Source: Squalus acanthias (Eukaryota). From it: a DNA stretch of 64,000 nt. The notes beneath the pieces were generated by a model. The model worked only from the letters and a program-made list of their open reading frames with translations, searched no databases and had not been told where the DNA came from. A program made the position numbers and the translations under genes. The stretch covers positions 86,864,001-86,928,000 of the forward strand of contig CM059432.1 of assembly GCA_030390025.1 (NCBI GenBank), given 5' to 3'. Positions 36,449-48,929 of this stretch are shown piece after piece. How positions within the stretch are numbered: position 1 is the stretch's first letter; each line of letters opens with the position of its first letter.

Positions 36449-39156
36449 TTTATAAATAGAGGCAGAGTACAAAATCAAGAACGTTATGCTCAACCTTTAT
36501 AAAACACTGGTTATGCCCCAGCTGGAGCACTGTGGCCGATTCTGGGCACCACACTTTAGGAAGGATGTAAAGGCCTTGGAGAGAGTTCAGAGGAGATTTA
36601 CGAGAATGGATGAAAGACTTCAGTTACTTGGAGAGACTAGAGAAACTGGGGTTGTTCTCCTTAGAACAGAGAAGTTTAAGGGGAGATTTGATAGAGGTGT
36701 TCAAAATCATTAAGGGTTTTGATAACATAAATAAGGAGAAATGGTTTCCAGTGGAAAAAGGTTCAGTAACCAGAGGACACAGATTTAAGGTAATTGGCAA
36801 AATAACCAGAGGTGACACGAGGGGAACAAAATTTAAGCAGCAAGTTATGATGATCTGGAATGCACTGCCTGAAAGGGTAGTGGGAGCTGATTCAATAATA
36901 ACTTTCAAAAAGGAATTAGATAAATATTTGAAGTGGAAAAATGTGCACGACTATGGGGAAAGAGCAGGGGCATGGGACTAATTGGATAGCTCTTTGAAAA
37001 AGCCAGCACAGGAATGATGGGCTGAATGGCTTCCTTCTGTGCAGTATATGATTCTATTAAATGTTTATAAGCATATTCCAAATGTTTCTGGGCACATCCA
37101 TAAAAGCACTCGGATTTCACAGGCCTTTGTTTCCACTGCACTGAAAATTAAGTTGGTACCTCGAGTTCAACCAGCTACTTTTGACTCATTAACTGGTCCC
37201 AATGTAGATTTTTGTCTCCATCTTACATTGTAACTTAGTTGCTATAATTTCACCTATAAAAGTTATTCACTTTTAAGGGAGTACAATTTGCTATATTATT
37301 GAATGATACTGTGGCTATCAGTTCCTCTCAGCTCATCTAAAATGCAGAAAAAAGATCATAAAATATTAAAGCAATAGTATCTTTTTCTGGTACGCTACTG
37401 AGGATATGCTTCCATATGAGCGAGAATTAAATCTAAATTGCACTCAGCTACCAAAAAATAAAATTAAAGTTTACTATTGCCTGCAAAAGATTTTTAGCTA
37501 ATTGGTTATTTGACAGCTTTCAAAGTATAGCATGTACTGAGCTTTCCGACAAGGCTGTATTTGGTCTAGATTTCAGATTCTATTAAACTTTGGTTAAGCC
37601 AATTTTGTTTAAATTGAAATTAGCATGGTTTTATACAGAGTTTTTAAAATAATTACTTTAATAAACAGTCATTACCATAGCATACTTTAATGACAGTGTC
37701 AAACATTTTAGTCAGGTATTCAATCCACTGAAACAATCCATCAAATCATAACATGGTTACCATTTCTTGATCAACTGCAATGCACTGTTAACATTAAAAA
37801 CTCTAGTACACTCACAAAATGTTTCAAATACATAATCCAACGCCTACCTAATAAATCAAACTAAAAATACAGTTGGGTGTTTTCTTTACTATTGAAATGA
37901 TGCCAGCAGTCTCCTGCAGAACAGGATCTGGACATTCAGATTAAATGTTTGTACCATACTCCTACAAAGTTCCTTAATAAACAGGATTGGTGGTTCCATT
38001 TTATTTGAATTATAGTTTTGTAATTGACTACATTAGATTGAGTGCAACAGCTTTATAATAGGTTTACTATATCAGATCAGTACAGTCAGTGTTATACATT
38101 ACAGGCAATGATCATTTGTAAGATATTAAAAGTTTTCTGCAGCAAAGAGATTTTTAGAATACAAGTTACTCTATATACTCCACTGCATAATTCTGCAAGT
38201 TAGGTATTTCAGTAATAACCTATTGAAAATTCAATAAATGACTTGCATACGACCCATATGGAACTGAAACTGTTCAGAAATGCCATCATTATTCACCAGG
38301 TAAAACAGGTGAGTTCACAAGCACAAATAAAGGCATCACAATTTATTGTGCTGATCATATACAGTTCTAAACCATTTGGTAGGGTGAAGAGTTAAATGAA
38401 GCAATTAAACAACAATGAATGGTACATACATATCACAAGAACTGCAACATTGCAGAGTTCCTTCTATAAATAGGCAGACATTGCTAAACCCACACATCAA
38501 GTAAACAAAGACACTATCTGGACCTTAGAACTTTTTTTTCCAAATGAGACGACATTACAGTCACATTGCAAAAATATTGACAGAGTACATAACCACTTCA
38601 CTACAGTTACATTAGAACCTTCTTGAAAGCCTGTCAGACCATGCAGTGTCTAACAGATTCACAAAACAAAAATCACTTTACATGTTTTGTATGGCTCTCA
38701 AATTGCCAGAAATCTATTCAAAATTAGCATTTATAAAATAGTAATCATTGTACAAACTTAGCTTTTTTGTGAACAGCCATACTGCTCTCATTCACTACAT
38801 AAATGTAATCCTTTTAAAGCTTTTTTTTACATCAGTGCTTCACCTTGATATCTATCCAGCAAATTATATATAACTATTCACATTGTGAAATCATACAGTG
38901 AGTCACATTTTAAAAAACAGTCTGGTATAGTTAGAATTTTGTAACCTTCTTAATCATACCTTCTTCTCAAAAATAACCCAGTACCACTTATCCAACTGAA
39001 GGTACGTATGCAGTTCACATGTCTTCATAACCACACAGTAATTGTACTGGAAAATGATCTTCAAGTTGTCAAGATTTTAAAAAAGCACTTGCCTTAAACC
39101 GGTTTTTCACATTTTAAATAGATGAAAATAGGCATAAAATATTTAAAAGTACATAC

Positions 39157-39248
39157 TGTGTAATTGAATTTTGTACACTCTTCTCATTTAAAGTCATTCC
39201 TGGGGGTGGGTCATTTTGCAAAGCCATTAGTTCCTTCTGTAATCTTTT
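39157..39248 (-). CDS. UBE2W: UBE2W coding exon 2 (KRLQKELMALQNDPPPGMTLNEKSVQNSIT-Q)
   Basis: 92-nt exon between a tttctctattAG acceptor and a GTATGT donor. The translation matches the UBE2W UBC-domain start as recalled. Confidence 0.96.
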
Positions 39249-39939
39249 CTAATAGAGAAATATATACAAGTTAGAAAATATGCATGATTACTGTGATATT
39301 GTGCAAATTAAGTTATAACTTTCCAAATTAATTCTCTACTTGTGAATAATGTTGGATTGTAATTGATTTTTTACTTCAAAATTAACAATTAAACATACTT
39401 GCGTGCAAATTCTGTACCCTATAGAACCTTTATTCAGTTTCATACCTTCCTAACTTAATTCCACAGCCACTCCTTTTATAAACACACCTAATTACTGTAT
39501 ACATATTAAATGTCACGATCTATACAACTGCTAGACTCGTGTACACATTTAAGTACGAGTTACCAAACTTGGGAGTGCACAAAAACAAGTCTGCATCGAC
39601 TTATTCAATTAAAGCTTTCATGAATATTGATATGAATAAAAAATCCAGGATGTGAAATATAATGTGGGTCTTCATTTTCTGGACTTATGAAAGTTTTATC
39701 ACTGAGAACGAACACAAATCCACATCTATGGTTTCCATTGTTACTTGTTCGTTCATACGTTAAAAAGGCCATTACCAAAAAGGTCGGTGGTTATAAGTTT
39801 ACTGATGTGAGGTAGCCTTTGCTTGATCACACAACCGTACCCTCGACAGTTTACCTCACACCGGGGGGGAAGAGAGACAAACAAAACTAAGGTCGTGAAA
39901 ATGAAGTCGATTTGAGTATGGCAACTTCTCAAGTAATAA

Positions 39940-40580
39940 AAAAAATTACGATGGCGGAGGTGACTCGCGACTGCTCAGCCGCTTGCTGTTCCTGCGGGAG
40001 CTTCGCCTGGTGTCGCTGACACCTGTAACCTTCACACGGTGCGGTCTGCCAGCAATACTGCTGCCATCACCTGTACAGGGAGAGAGAGAGAGCCCACCTG
40101 ACCTCACCCGAGGGGTCATTTGTCCATCTCCTGCTCCCGTGGCCTCATCCTCACGAGTCCGACACCAGCACCCAGCCCCCTGCCACTCATCCCCACGATT
40201 TCAACAGCCGCACAAAAATACATCAAAATACACAAGCCGCCGGCCGGCCAGCCAGCCAGTCGGGCCACTCGCTTCTCCCAAGGCCCTGCTGAGAAGGCCC
40301 TGCATGTGCCGAGGGTACCAGGCCTCGTCCTGACCCGGGTGCGGATAGAAAACTCCGCAAGAAAGCGAGAACCTCCGTAAAGCGTCGCCAAGCCGCTAAC
40401 ACACTCACCTGCATTGACGCCATGATAGAAACCCCCTGCGCCAGAGACTACACTCGACCAGGAAGACGTTAGTGCGTCATCACGCAGGCGCCTGCGCGCG
40501 CGCGCGCGCCCGCCGCCCCCCGCCCGAGACAGGCAAGGAACCGCGCGCGCCTCAGAATGAGCACGAGGCGGACTTGCACT
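39940..40580 (-). promoter_or_regulatory. CpG island / UBE2W promoter and 5' UTR
   Basis: Strong local CpG/GC enrichment around exon 1. It contains a CRE/ATF-like TGATGACGCA (minus strand, ~40473-40482), an NRF1-like GCGCCTGCGC, a (GC)8 tract, a GC box CCCCGCCC and an ETS-like CAGGAAG. Confidence 0.8.
40409..40423 (-). CDS. UBE2W: UBE2W coding exon 1 (MASMQ)
   Basis: Minus strand reads ATG GCG TCA ATG CAG followed by a perfect GTGAGT donor, inside a CpG island. MASMQ is the known N-terminus of UBE2W and splices in phase 0 to exon 2. Confidence 0.93.
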
Positions 40581-40659
40581 GCTTCCTATTGCCCGTCAAA
40601 CTGCAATACTAAATAAACAGCACACACCACTCAGCTTGTTTTATTTAATGTAGCATTAG

Positions 40660-41635
40660 AAAGGAGAAACAAGGTGCACAAAGGATTGGGAGAGACAAGA
40701 TAGCACTAGAGTAAGAAATAGTACAGTATTAGGTGGGGTCAGACTAAGAGAGAATACAAGAAGGCCTAAGATAGGTTTACAGTGCATGTGTGTGAATGCA
40801 GGAAGTGTGGTAAACAAGGTTGTAGAGCTGCAGGCGCAAATAGCCACATGGGAATATGATATCGTGGCGATAATGCAGATCTGGCTCAAAAAAGGGCAGG
40901 ATATAAGGTGTTCAAGAAAGATAGGGAAGGAAAGAAAGGAGGTGGGGTGGCAGTATTGATTAAGGAGAATATCACAGTGCTGGGGAGAGAGGATGTCCTG
41001 GAGGGGTCAAGGACAGAATCTATTTGGTTAGAGTTAAGAAACAATAGCGGTGCCATTACACTACTAGGTGTATTCTATAGGCCACCAACTAGTGGGAAGT
41101 ATATAGAGGAGCAAATTTGCAGGGAAATTACAGAGACATGCAAGATCTATAGAGTAGTGATAATGGGGGACTTCAATTATCCGAATATAGACTGGGATAG
41201 TAATAGTGTAAAGGCAAGAGAGGATGAAGAATTTCTGAAGTGTGTTCAGGAGAACTTTCTTGATCAGTACGTTTCCGGCACAACGAGGAAGAAGGCATTG
41301 CTGGAACTGGTTCTGGGGAATGAGGTGGAGCAAGTGTCAGTAGGGGAACACTTAGGGAACAGTATCATAAGGTTTAGATTAGCTATGGAAAAGGACAGAG
41401 AGCAATCTAGAGTAAAAATACTTAATTGGAGGAAGGCCAATTTCAGTAGGCTGAGAATGGATCTGGCCCGGGTAAATTGGAATCAAAGATTGGCAAGCAA
41501 AACTGTAATTGAATGGGCTGCCTTTAAAGAGGAGATGGTTTGGGTACAGTCAAGGTACATTCCCACGAGGGGGAATGGTAGGGCAACCAAAGTCAGAAAT
41601 CCCTGGATGACGAAAGAGATAGAGAGTAAGATGAA
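40660..41635 (+). mobile_element. CR1 LINE endonuclease region
   Basis: ORF 40908-41738: KKGGGVAVLI, GVFYRPP and IMGDFNYPNIDW. Confidence 0.9.
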
Positions 41636-41639
41636 GCCA

Positions 41640-42990
41640 TTATTTTTGCGGCACAAATTGCTGGAATTGCGAATTGATAATGGTGCAGCAATGTCCATGG
41701 GGCAACTGGAACCTCATGAACATTGGTTAAGGAGATAGGCTATTGAACCCAATGAAATTCATGGATAGAGAAATAAACAGAGTGAATGACAGAGAAGGAA
41801 ATAAGGAGAATTAGAGTCAAATTAGATACAGAAAGAGAAATAAAGAGAATTAATTAAGGGAGAGAAAAAAAGACAGAAAGGAAACTAAAAAAAGACAAAT
41901 TAAAAATTTTAAACACCTCTAGGAACAATTTACTATCTACGCGAAAGATACTCCACAGTTTCATATTCCCTTTCTGGGCCTCCAAAGTGGAGTGGCATGT
42001 CAGGACCATAAATAATCTCCCGCAATTTGCGATCAGCAGCGAAGCGAAGGAGTTCGCTGCTGACCCCGAAGTATACTTCGCACAAGGATCTCGCGATCCC
42101 TATGTCGAAACTTAAGGTTTTCCGACCTTCAATTCAAATCAACGGAGTTTAGTGGCGATCCCCTTGTTCGAGCTGCTGTGACGTCAACAAGTTGTCTAAG
42201 CAGCCAATCAAAACACAGAATTCTCACAGACAGCGAACAAGGAAGTGAGTAAGCCCTTAAAATTCTAACTTTTTAAAAATGTTGGAGAGAGCAAAACAAA
42301 GATTGGGGCTCTCACATGGGGCAAAGGCAAACCTGAAATAAAGATGGGCAAACTTAATTTTGAAAAATTTCTTAAACAATTTAATTTTTATTAAAATGGA
42401 CAAATTTCACACTGCACAAAATTAAAATTCGTTTTCCAGGCCCTTAACATTTGTTTAGCAGTAATAACGCTGTTAAAACCCCAGTTACACCTAATCCATT
42501 TGGGTCGAACTTTTAGTGGGAAATTTAACAGTGTAATTACTGCGGAAGAGCCAAAGTTTTTGTCAGTTTCCCTGATTTGGCTGATTACACAGATTGCCGG
42601 CTGTGTGTGTGGAGGGGCGGGGGGGAGGGCACACACAGCCTGTTTCGGAGCTGTCAGTGACGCACCACAACTTCAGGAATTCCGGCGCATGCGCCAAATC
42701 CCGAAGTTTCAAAGGTGGAATGACGGTAAACACTGCCAGTTCACCGTCATCCCGACCGCACGGACCAATGTCATTAACAGGATGCTTACGACATGAATTA
42801 TCAGCCCTAAATGGCTGTGGCGGGATTAATTCGTATTAATGGTATTAGTGGCGCAAATCATCCAGCAATTAGTGGCGAATTGGAACTCATGGCATATCTC
42901 TTCTTTGCCACAAATTGTTGGGTTTTTTACACACTAATAATGGTGGGTGCCATGAACTTGCCATTATTTTTCCTGTAATATCTGGGCCAA
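41640..42990. mobile_element. Nested non-autonomous TIR elements (related to 13381-13916)
   Basis: Shares the tttgcg.tcagcagcgaagc block and A-rich core with the 13.4-kb element; ends ...ATCTGGGCCA. Confidence 0.5.
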
Positions 42991-43379
42991 TGTTAGCCAC
43001 AACTGTCCACTGATTTTTGGGTAAATTTTGTAATAAATCACTAGCCTTAATTAAGAATAAGTAGATTTTTTTGGAAAATAAATATGTATGGAGTTGATTA
43101 CAGATTTTGTAAAGAAAAATACAGCAAAGTGAATGGGCAGATAAAATCAAGGGGAAATAATGACTTCATTTTTCAACCAGTAAGGTGCAGATCTGAAATT
43201 TTTCTCACTGAAAATAGAAAAATGATACTGCATTATCTTCTGAATATTGGATAATGTCTGTGTAATGAGGGCTTTTAATTTCCGAGGCATTCAGTAGTTC
43301 AATGGTGAGCCATCTAGTATTGAGGTCAGGACAGCTGAAAGATTTGTACAAACCATAAATGATTGTTTCCTAACACTGC

Positions 43380-44560
43380 AACAACTTGCATTTATATAGT
43401 GCCTTTAACATTGAAAAACATCCTAAGCTGTTTCACAGAAGGGTAATCAGACAAAAATTGACATTAGGATAAAGAAGTTGATATTAGGAGAGGTGACTAA
43501 AAGCTTGGTAGACTTAAAGAGGTAGGTTTTAAGGAGTGTCTCAAAGGAGGTGAGAGAGGTAGAGAAGGGAAGGTTTAGGGAATGAAATCCAGAGTTTAGG
43601 GCCTTGATGGCTGAAGGCATGGGTGCTAATGGTAGGGTTGCACAAGTGGCCAGAGGTGGAGGAATGCAGAGTTCTAGTAGGGTTTTAGGGATGGAGGAGG
43701 TTACAGAGATAGAGGGGCGAGACCTTTAAGGGATTTAAATACAAGGATGAGATGTTGGGGGACCGAGGGCCAATGTAGGTTAGCGAGCACAGGTTTGATG
43801 GGTGAGTGGGTGAGTTGAAGTTTGGAATAGTCGAGTCTGGATATGACAAGTGCATGGGTTTTGGCAGCAGATGGGCTAAGGCGGGGTAGTAGACATGCAA
43901 TGTTATGGAGGTGGAAGTAGGCAATCTTTCTGATGGAGAGGATACAGGATCGGAAGCTCAGCTCGGATTTAAATAGGATGCCAAGGTTGTGATCGGTCAG
44001 CTTCAATCTGAGACAGTGGTCAGGGAGGGTGATGGAATGTGGCGAGGGTACCAAGTTTTTGGTGGGGGCCAAAGACAATGGTTTTGGTCTTCCCAAAGTT
44101 CAACTAGAGGAAATTGGGGCTCCTTCAGGACTGGATGTTGGACAAGAAGGCTGAAAACAGAGGCAGTGGAAGAGCCAAGAGAGGTAGTGGAGACATAAAT
44201 CTGGGTGTCGTCAGTGTACATGTGGAACCTGATGCATGTCTTCAGATGGTGTAGCTGAAAGGCAGCTTGTAGCTTAGAGGAGGTGGGCAAGGATAGATCC
44301 TAGGGGCATTCCAGAGGCAACAGTGCCAGTACTGGAGATGAACTAGATATAATTGGATAGGTAAGAGTGGAACTAAGCGAGTGCAGTGCCACTCAGCTGG
44401 ACAACAGAGGTGATGCATTGGAGGGGGATGGTATGCTCGACTGTGTCAAAGGCTTCAGAGAGGTTAATAAAGATGAGGAGGGATAGTGCACCATGGTTAT
44501 AGTCACAAAGGATACCATTTGTGACTTTGATTCGGGCTGCTTCAGTGCTGTGGCTGTTTC
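43380..44560 (-). mobile_element. L2 LINE fragment
   Basis: FHMYTDDTQIY, KIAYFHLHNI, ISRLDYS and PIKPVLANLHW motifs, with the tail at the left end. Confidence 0.85.
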
Positions 44561-47500
44561 AGTGCTTGAAGAACAGCTGTAGTCCAAGTGTGTGAGCTAG
44601 AGTAAAGAAGGAGCTTGAGTGTTTTCAAAGGTTGCCCTTTGCAGAAGTGAGTTTTCTGATGCTGAGAGAGTTAAGAGTAAGAGAGGTAAGGAGGTGAGTG
44701 AAGGGTGTATGAGTACAGACACTTACCCCCTGTTGCTGCAAAAACATAAGATAACAGCGTAACTCGTTGATTTACTGTGGCTTTTTTTACAGACAAAAAC
44801 TTGTTAATAAGTCTCAATTGTAATAAAACACTTAAGCGCAAAGAAGCAAGTTTCTGCAGCAGGAATTGGATTCAGGTTCATCAACCCAGTATCAACCAGT
44901 TCCATCCGTTTCATTGATAGCAACTTGGCATCAAACAGTCCTGATAAATGATATCCCACACCAATGATGACTCAGCGACTACTGCTTGAAAGTGCTTCAA
45001 ACTCAAGAAAAACAAATGCTCGAAGTGTCAATAAGACACTGAAACGTTGAAATGACCTTCTGCTAAGGCAACATGGAGAAGGTACCGCTGATTGCGGATG
45101 CATACTGTCCTCCCATTTGTATTCACATGAAAACCTATTATTACATCCCAGCGCTTGATACCATTGTGACCTAAATGACACTCAAGGGTTTACTGAGCAT
45201 TTTTCATCAGGTTAAGCCCTTTTAACTGGAGGTGGCAAACTATGACATAATGCAAGCCTTACAATCACACTGAGCATCACTATGAGATGTGATATCACAA
45301 TAGATTTGTAATGTGGATAAATTTGAGACTAGAGGCTGCATAACCAGTTTAACTGATTGAAAGGGAGCTACACTATTGTAACTAACTGGGAGTGAATGCA
45401 GTCGCCTAGAAGTTCAGAACAACTTTGGTTTCTGAAGGAAACATGAACAGTGAAAATGTCACCTACCAACTGACAATCTGGAAGGTTACTGACAGAGAAA
45501 GGTTTGTTTCAGCATGTGTTTCATCATGTATTATTCTCTGTGCAAGTCATAATGAGGCAGTAAAAACCACCTGTTGTGATTATGTAGATAAAAAGCTCAA
45601 ATTTTGGATGGTAAAACTAATTTGTATAAAATGTGCAAATTTTTCTCATTAGTACAAGTTGTGCTGCACACCAAATGGACACTTGGGCATAGATTTTCTT
45701 CTTTGGCACCAATCTAACTGGAACTACAGTAAGAAGCCTTTTCTCTTGATGCTGTCCCATGTGAATTCATACATGCTGACCTACAAACTCTGAAATGCTG
45801 ACGAAAAGTTGCAGAAAAGCTGACAACTCAAAAATAAACAAATTACAATGGAAAACAGTCCTGCATAAAGGATTATGACCAAGGCCACTGCTTGACCGAA
45901 GAAGTAAAATTCTTTTATATTAAATTGGATTTTGTAATTAGTACTTTGGGATTTCAATCCACAATTCAGATTGTTTTTCTGTGGAAAATGAAACTCAGTG
46001 GCCTCACATATGGCATCTGTAAAGAACCAGTTACAATTGGAGTGCAGTGAGGCAAGATGACTTACAGAGAAACACAATGCTAAATTTTTCACAGACAGAT
46101 AGCTTTTCCAGGCCCTATTTGTGCTGTTTGCACAGGAACTGGGATGTCCACTCTTTCCCAGTTTCTATATCTGCAATCCCACAACACCTGAAGGTATTCC
46201 ACTCCTATGCTGTTCACAGGCATTACATAGAGCCAATCTGAGTCGTATACATCTTATGCTGTGCTCAGACATCATGTTGAGCTTCTCTGATCCTCTTGTT
46301 CCAATTTCACGCTATCCTTGGGTGAATGTGATCCAAGTCTTGCTGCTGCCTCTCTGTTATTCACTCTAAGACACTGTGAGCCTAGACTGCACTGCTCCAG
46401 CCATCAAAAAACTTTGCACTTGCTAATTATGGACACTTTAGAATCATCTGGAAGGGTGCTGCTTCAGCACCCCAGCATTATCAGACAGACCTGGGTAATG
46501 GTCAAACATCAGAGTTGTGTGTGCTGTAAAATACTGTACAGGTTTTAACTTGTGCATGACTGCTTATCTAAATCATGTACAGAAGGCCATAGGACAGGTG
46601 AAGGCAGCTGATAGCTTTATCTTACATGAAACCTGCAAGGGGGTTGATTTTCCAGAATACTGCACGGTGAATTTTGCTACTTTGCTGCTCTTTCAACATG
46701 TAAATAATGAATTATAAATAAAATTAACTGCAGCAAGATATTAAGTTTTACTCAGTTGAAAATAATAGTGCAGGTGTTCCCACGGTCACATGCTAATTTT
46801 GGGACAATTTAAATTTCCCCAGAACACAAAACGTACCAGCTATTCTGTGCATTGTGCTGAAACATTGTGCGTGCGTAGAAGTGACCTACAGTGCATTGTT
46901 GGACGATCTTAAACTGTCCCAAAATAAGCTTATTTTTGCACCCCCATGTGAGCAGCACCAATGGGGGACTAGAAACACTGACCATACCCTGAAAAATGGA
47001 TGGATGGCAATTATTCTGAAAACAGTCCTTGTGTCATTTGTATAAATAACTATCTAATACCAACCAGTCTTTAGTTAATCCTTCCCTCACCTTGCTCCAT
47101 CTTAGCTCAGTGATCTACTCCAGTCATATATGTTCTTCCAACATCTTCTTACCCTTCACTCTGCAATTGACAGCAGGTCCTTTAGTGATTTGCCCCTGCC
47201 CTGCAGATCTCTCTCCCTAAGTCCCTCAGCCTTGCCACCTCCCTTCCTGCAGTCAAAAGCCTCCTAAAACCTGTACCTTCAGTGTTTCCACCCCTCCCCC
47301 TCGCCATTGTCCATGCATAGTGGCATCCTCCAGCAATCACCCACTCTTCTCCCCCCATCCCAGTCAGGTTGCTGACCAGCTGGGGAGTTCACCTTCTCCA
47401 GTGGATAAGGGTCAGTGGACATTGAGTTGGCACATACATTTGGAACTCAAAGCGGCAAGTTTAGTCTTGCAAACCTCTCTCTCCACCCCTGCCAGTGGAT

Positions 47501-48929
47501 GATCGATTTTGAGGCTGCCTAGTATCTTATCGATCCTTGTGGTTACCTGCTGTGGGAACGAGAGTCAACACTGCTTGAGTACCTCAAAGTCCTGGGCAGC
47601 CTGCGGGATCAGCACACATTAAATTAGGCCCCAAAGATTAATTAAAACACCTTTCTGCTGAACATGGGATTGTAAGCTATGCACTGTGTAAGGGGCCGCA
47701 AGGCACAAGCATCTCCACAGATAAAAAGGATGATGCAATGCCTGAAAGTAAGTGTTCAGCAATGTCTGTAATGATCTGGAATATGTCTATCTGATCACTG
47801 GTGCTTAGGGGGAGTGGTACTGAGCTAACTAAGGCAACATAACCATGGTAATGGAATAATTGGAAAGGATTAAGAAGGACAAAATGCATTTTAGCTGTGT
47901 GCATGTATCTTTGTTTAACTACAATTAATTGGTTATACTGTCACCTGTATCTATCTTTGCTTCACTATGATTTATTGGTAATATGCATGAAGTGTAATGA
48001 TCAAAGGAAAAAATGGTATATAAGTGTGAGCCAATCACTGTATAGGAGCACTCATATTGGAATCATGAGTATGGTGTCTCAATAAAGACCTGATCCTGCA
48101 TTGTTACAACTGTATGTGTGTGTACTCTGTTGTTTAAGGTAATGAGACAAATTTGAACGAGAATGCAATCCAACACCTGCAACTTAGCCTTTTTGCTTCA
48201 CCAGTCTCATTTTCACCTTCCTCTCTATGGGTTGCAACCACAGTCTGTAGAATAGATGATCTCTCTTTTTACTGAGCTCAGATTTCTCTCTGCATTTCCA
48301 GCCTTTTTGCTAATCCCCGGACTCTACAAAAAGTACACGTAGAGAAAGAGAAGCTGACCCTGATACCCACTAATCCATTCAAAACCCACAGCTTGCAGAC
48401 ATCTTGGCATTTAACAGTGTTCTCGCTGGAGAGACCTCTCAACTATAAGGTCACATCCTTCACTCAGATTCAGGAGGTTTACAGTTGATTGCCTGGCTGT
48501 TGAGAGAGCATGCTTTAGTGTCAAGGCCATTCTCTCCCATAGTTCTCTCCCAATGCTTCTCAAAAACCACTTACTAACAAAGCTTGCAATTTAACTGGAA
48601 GAAGTTTGTGGAGTGGATGTATTGCCCAAGACATCAATCCTCTCTCCTGTGATGTTACATCAGTGTCATTATATTTAGATTTCCTGATGGACCTCCATCT
48701 GAAATTATGCTTCATGAAGCAGCAACATCAGCCTTTCATGAACCACTGACTTGAGGTTGGTTGGGGGAAACCCTGTCATTTCTCAAATAATACATGGTTT
48801 TGAGAATCAGAAGCTACTCTCTTTTCTGTCCATCATGAATTTTAGTTTAGGCCCTGAAAATCTGTGGGGGTGGTACGTCTTAGTGTAGGTGCCGAGGTGA
48901 GTTAATAGAATCAAAACCAAAACCCAAAT

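Larger units (their letters stand above)
35230..37055 (+). mobile_element. CR1 LINE (decayed), interrupted by a Penelope fragment
   Basis: [20 protein letters not shown] and LEKLGLFSLEQRSLRGDLIEVFK motifs, with a 3' tail. Confidence 0.88.

Noticed and set aside
40223..40423. 66-aa ORF MASMQVSVLAAW...
   Set aside because: Only MASMQ is coding; the rest is read-through past a perfect GTGAGT donor into intron 1.
46797..46924. Hairpin as a possible miRNA or structured RNA
   Set aside because: Only a 15/16-bp inverted match around a poorly paired centre; more consistent with a decayed MITE.
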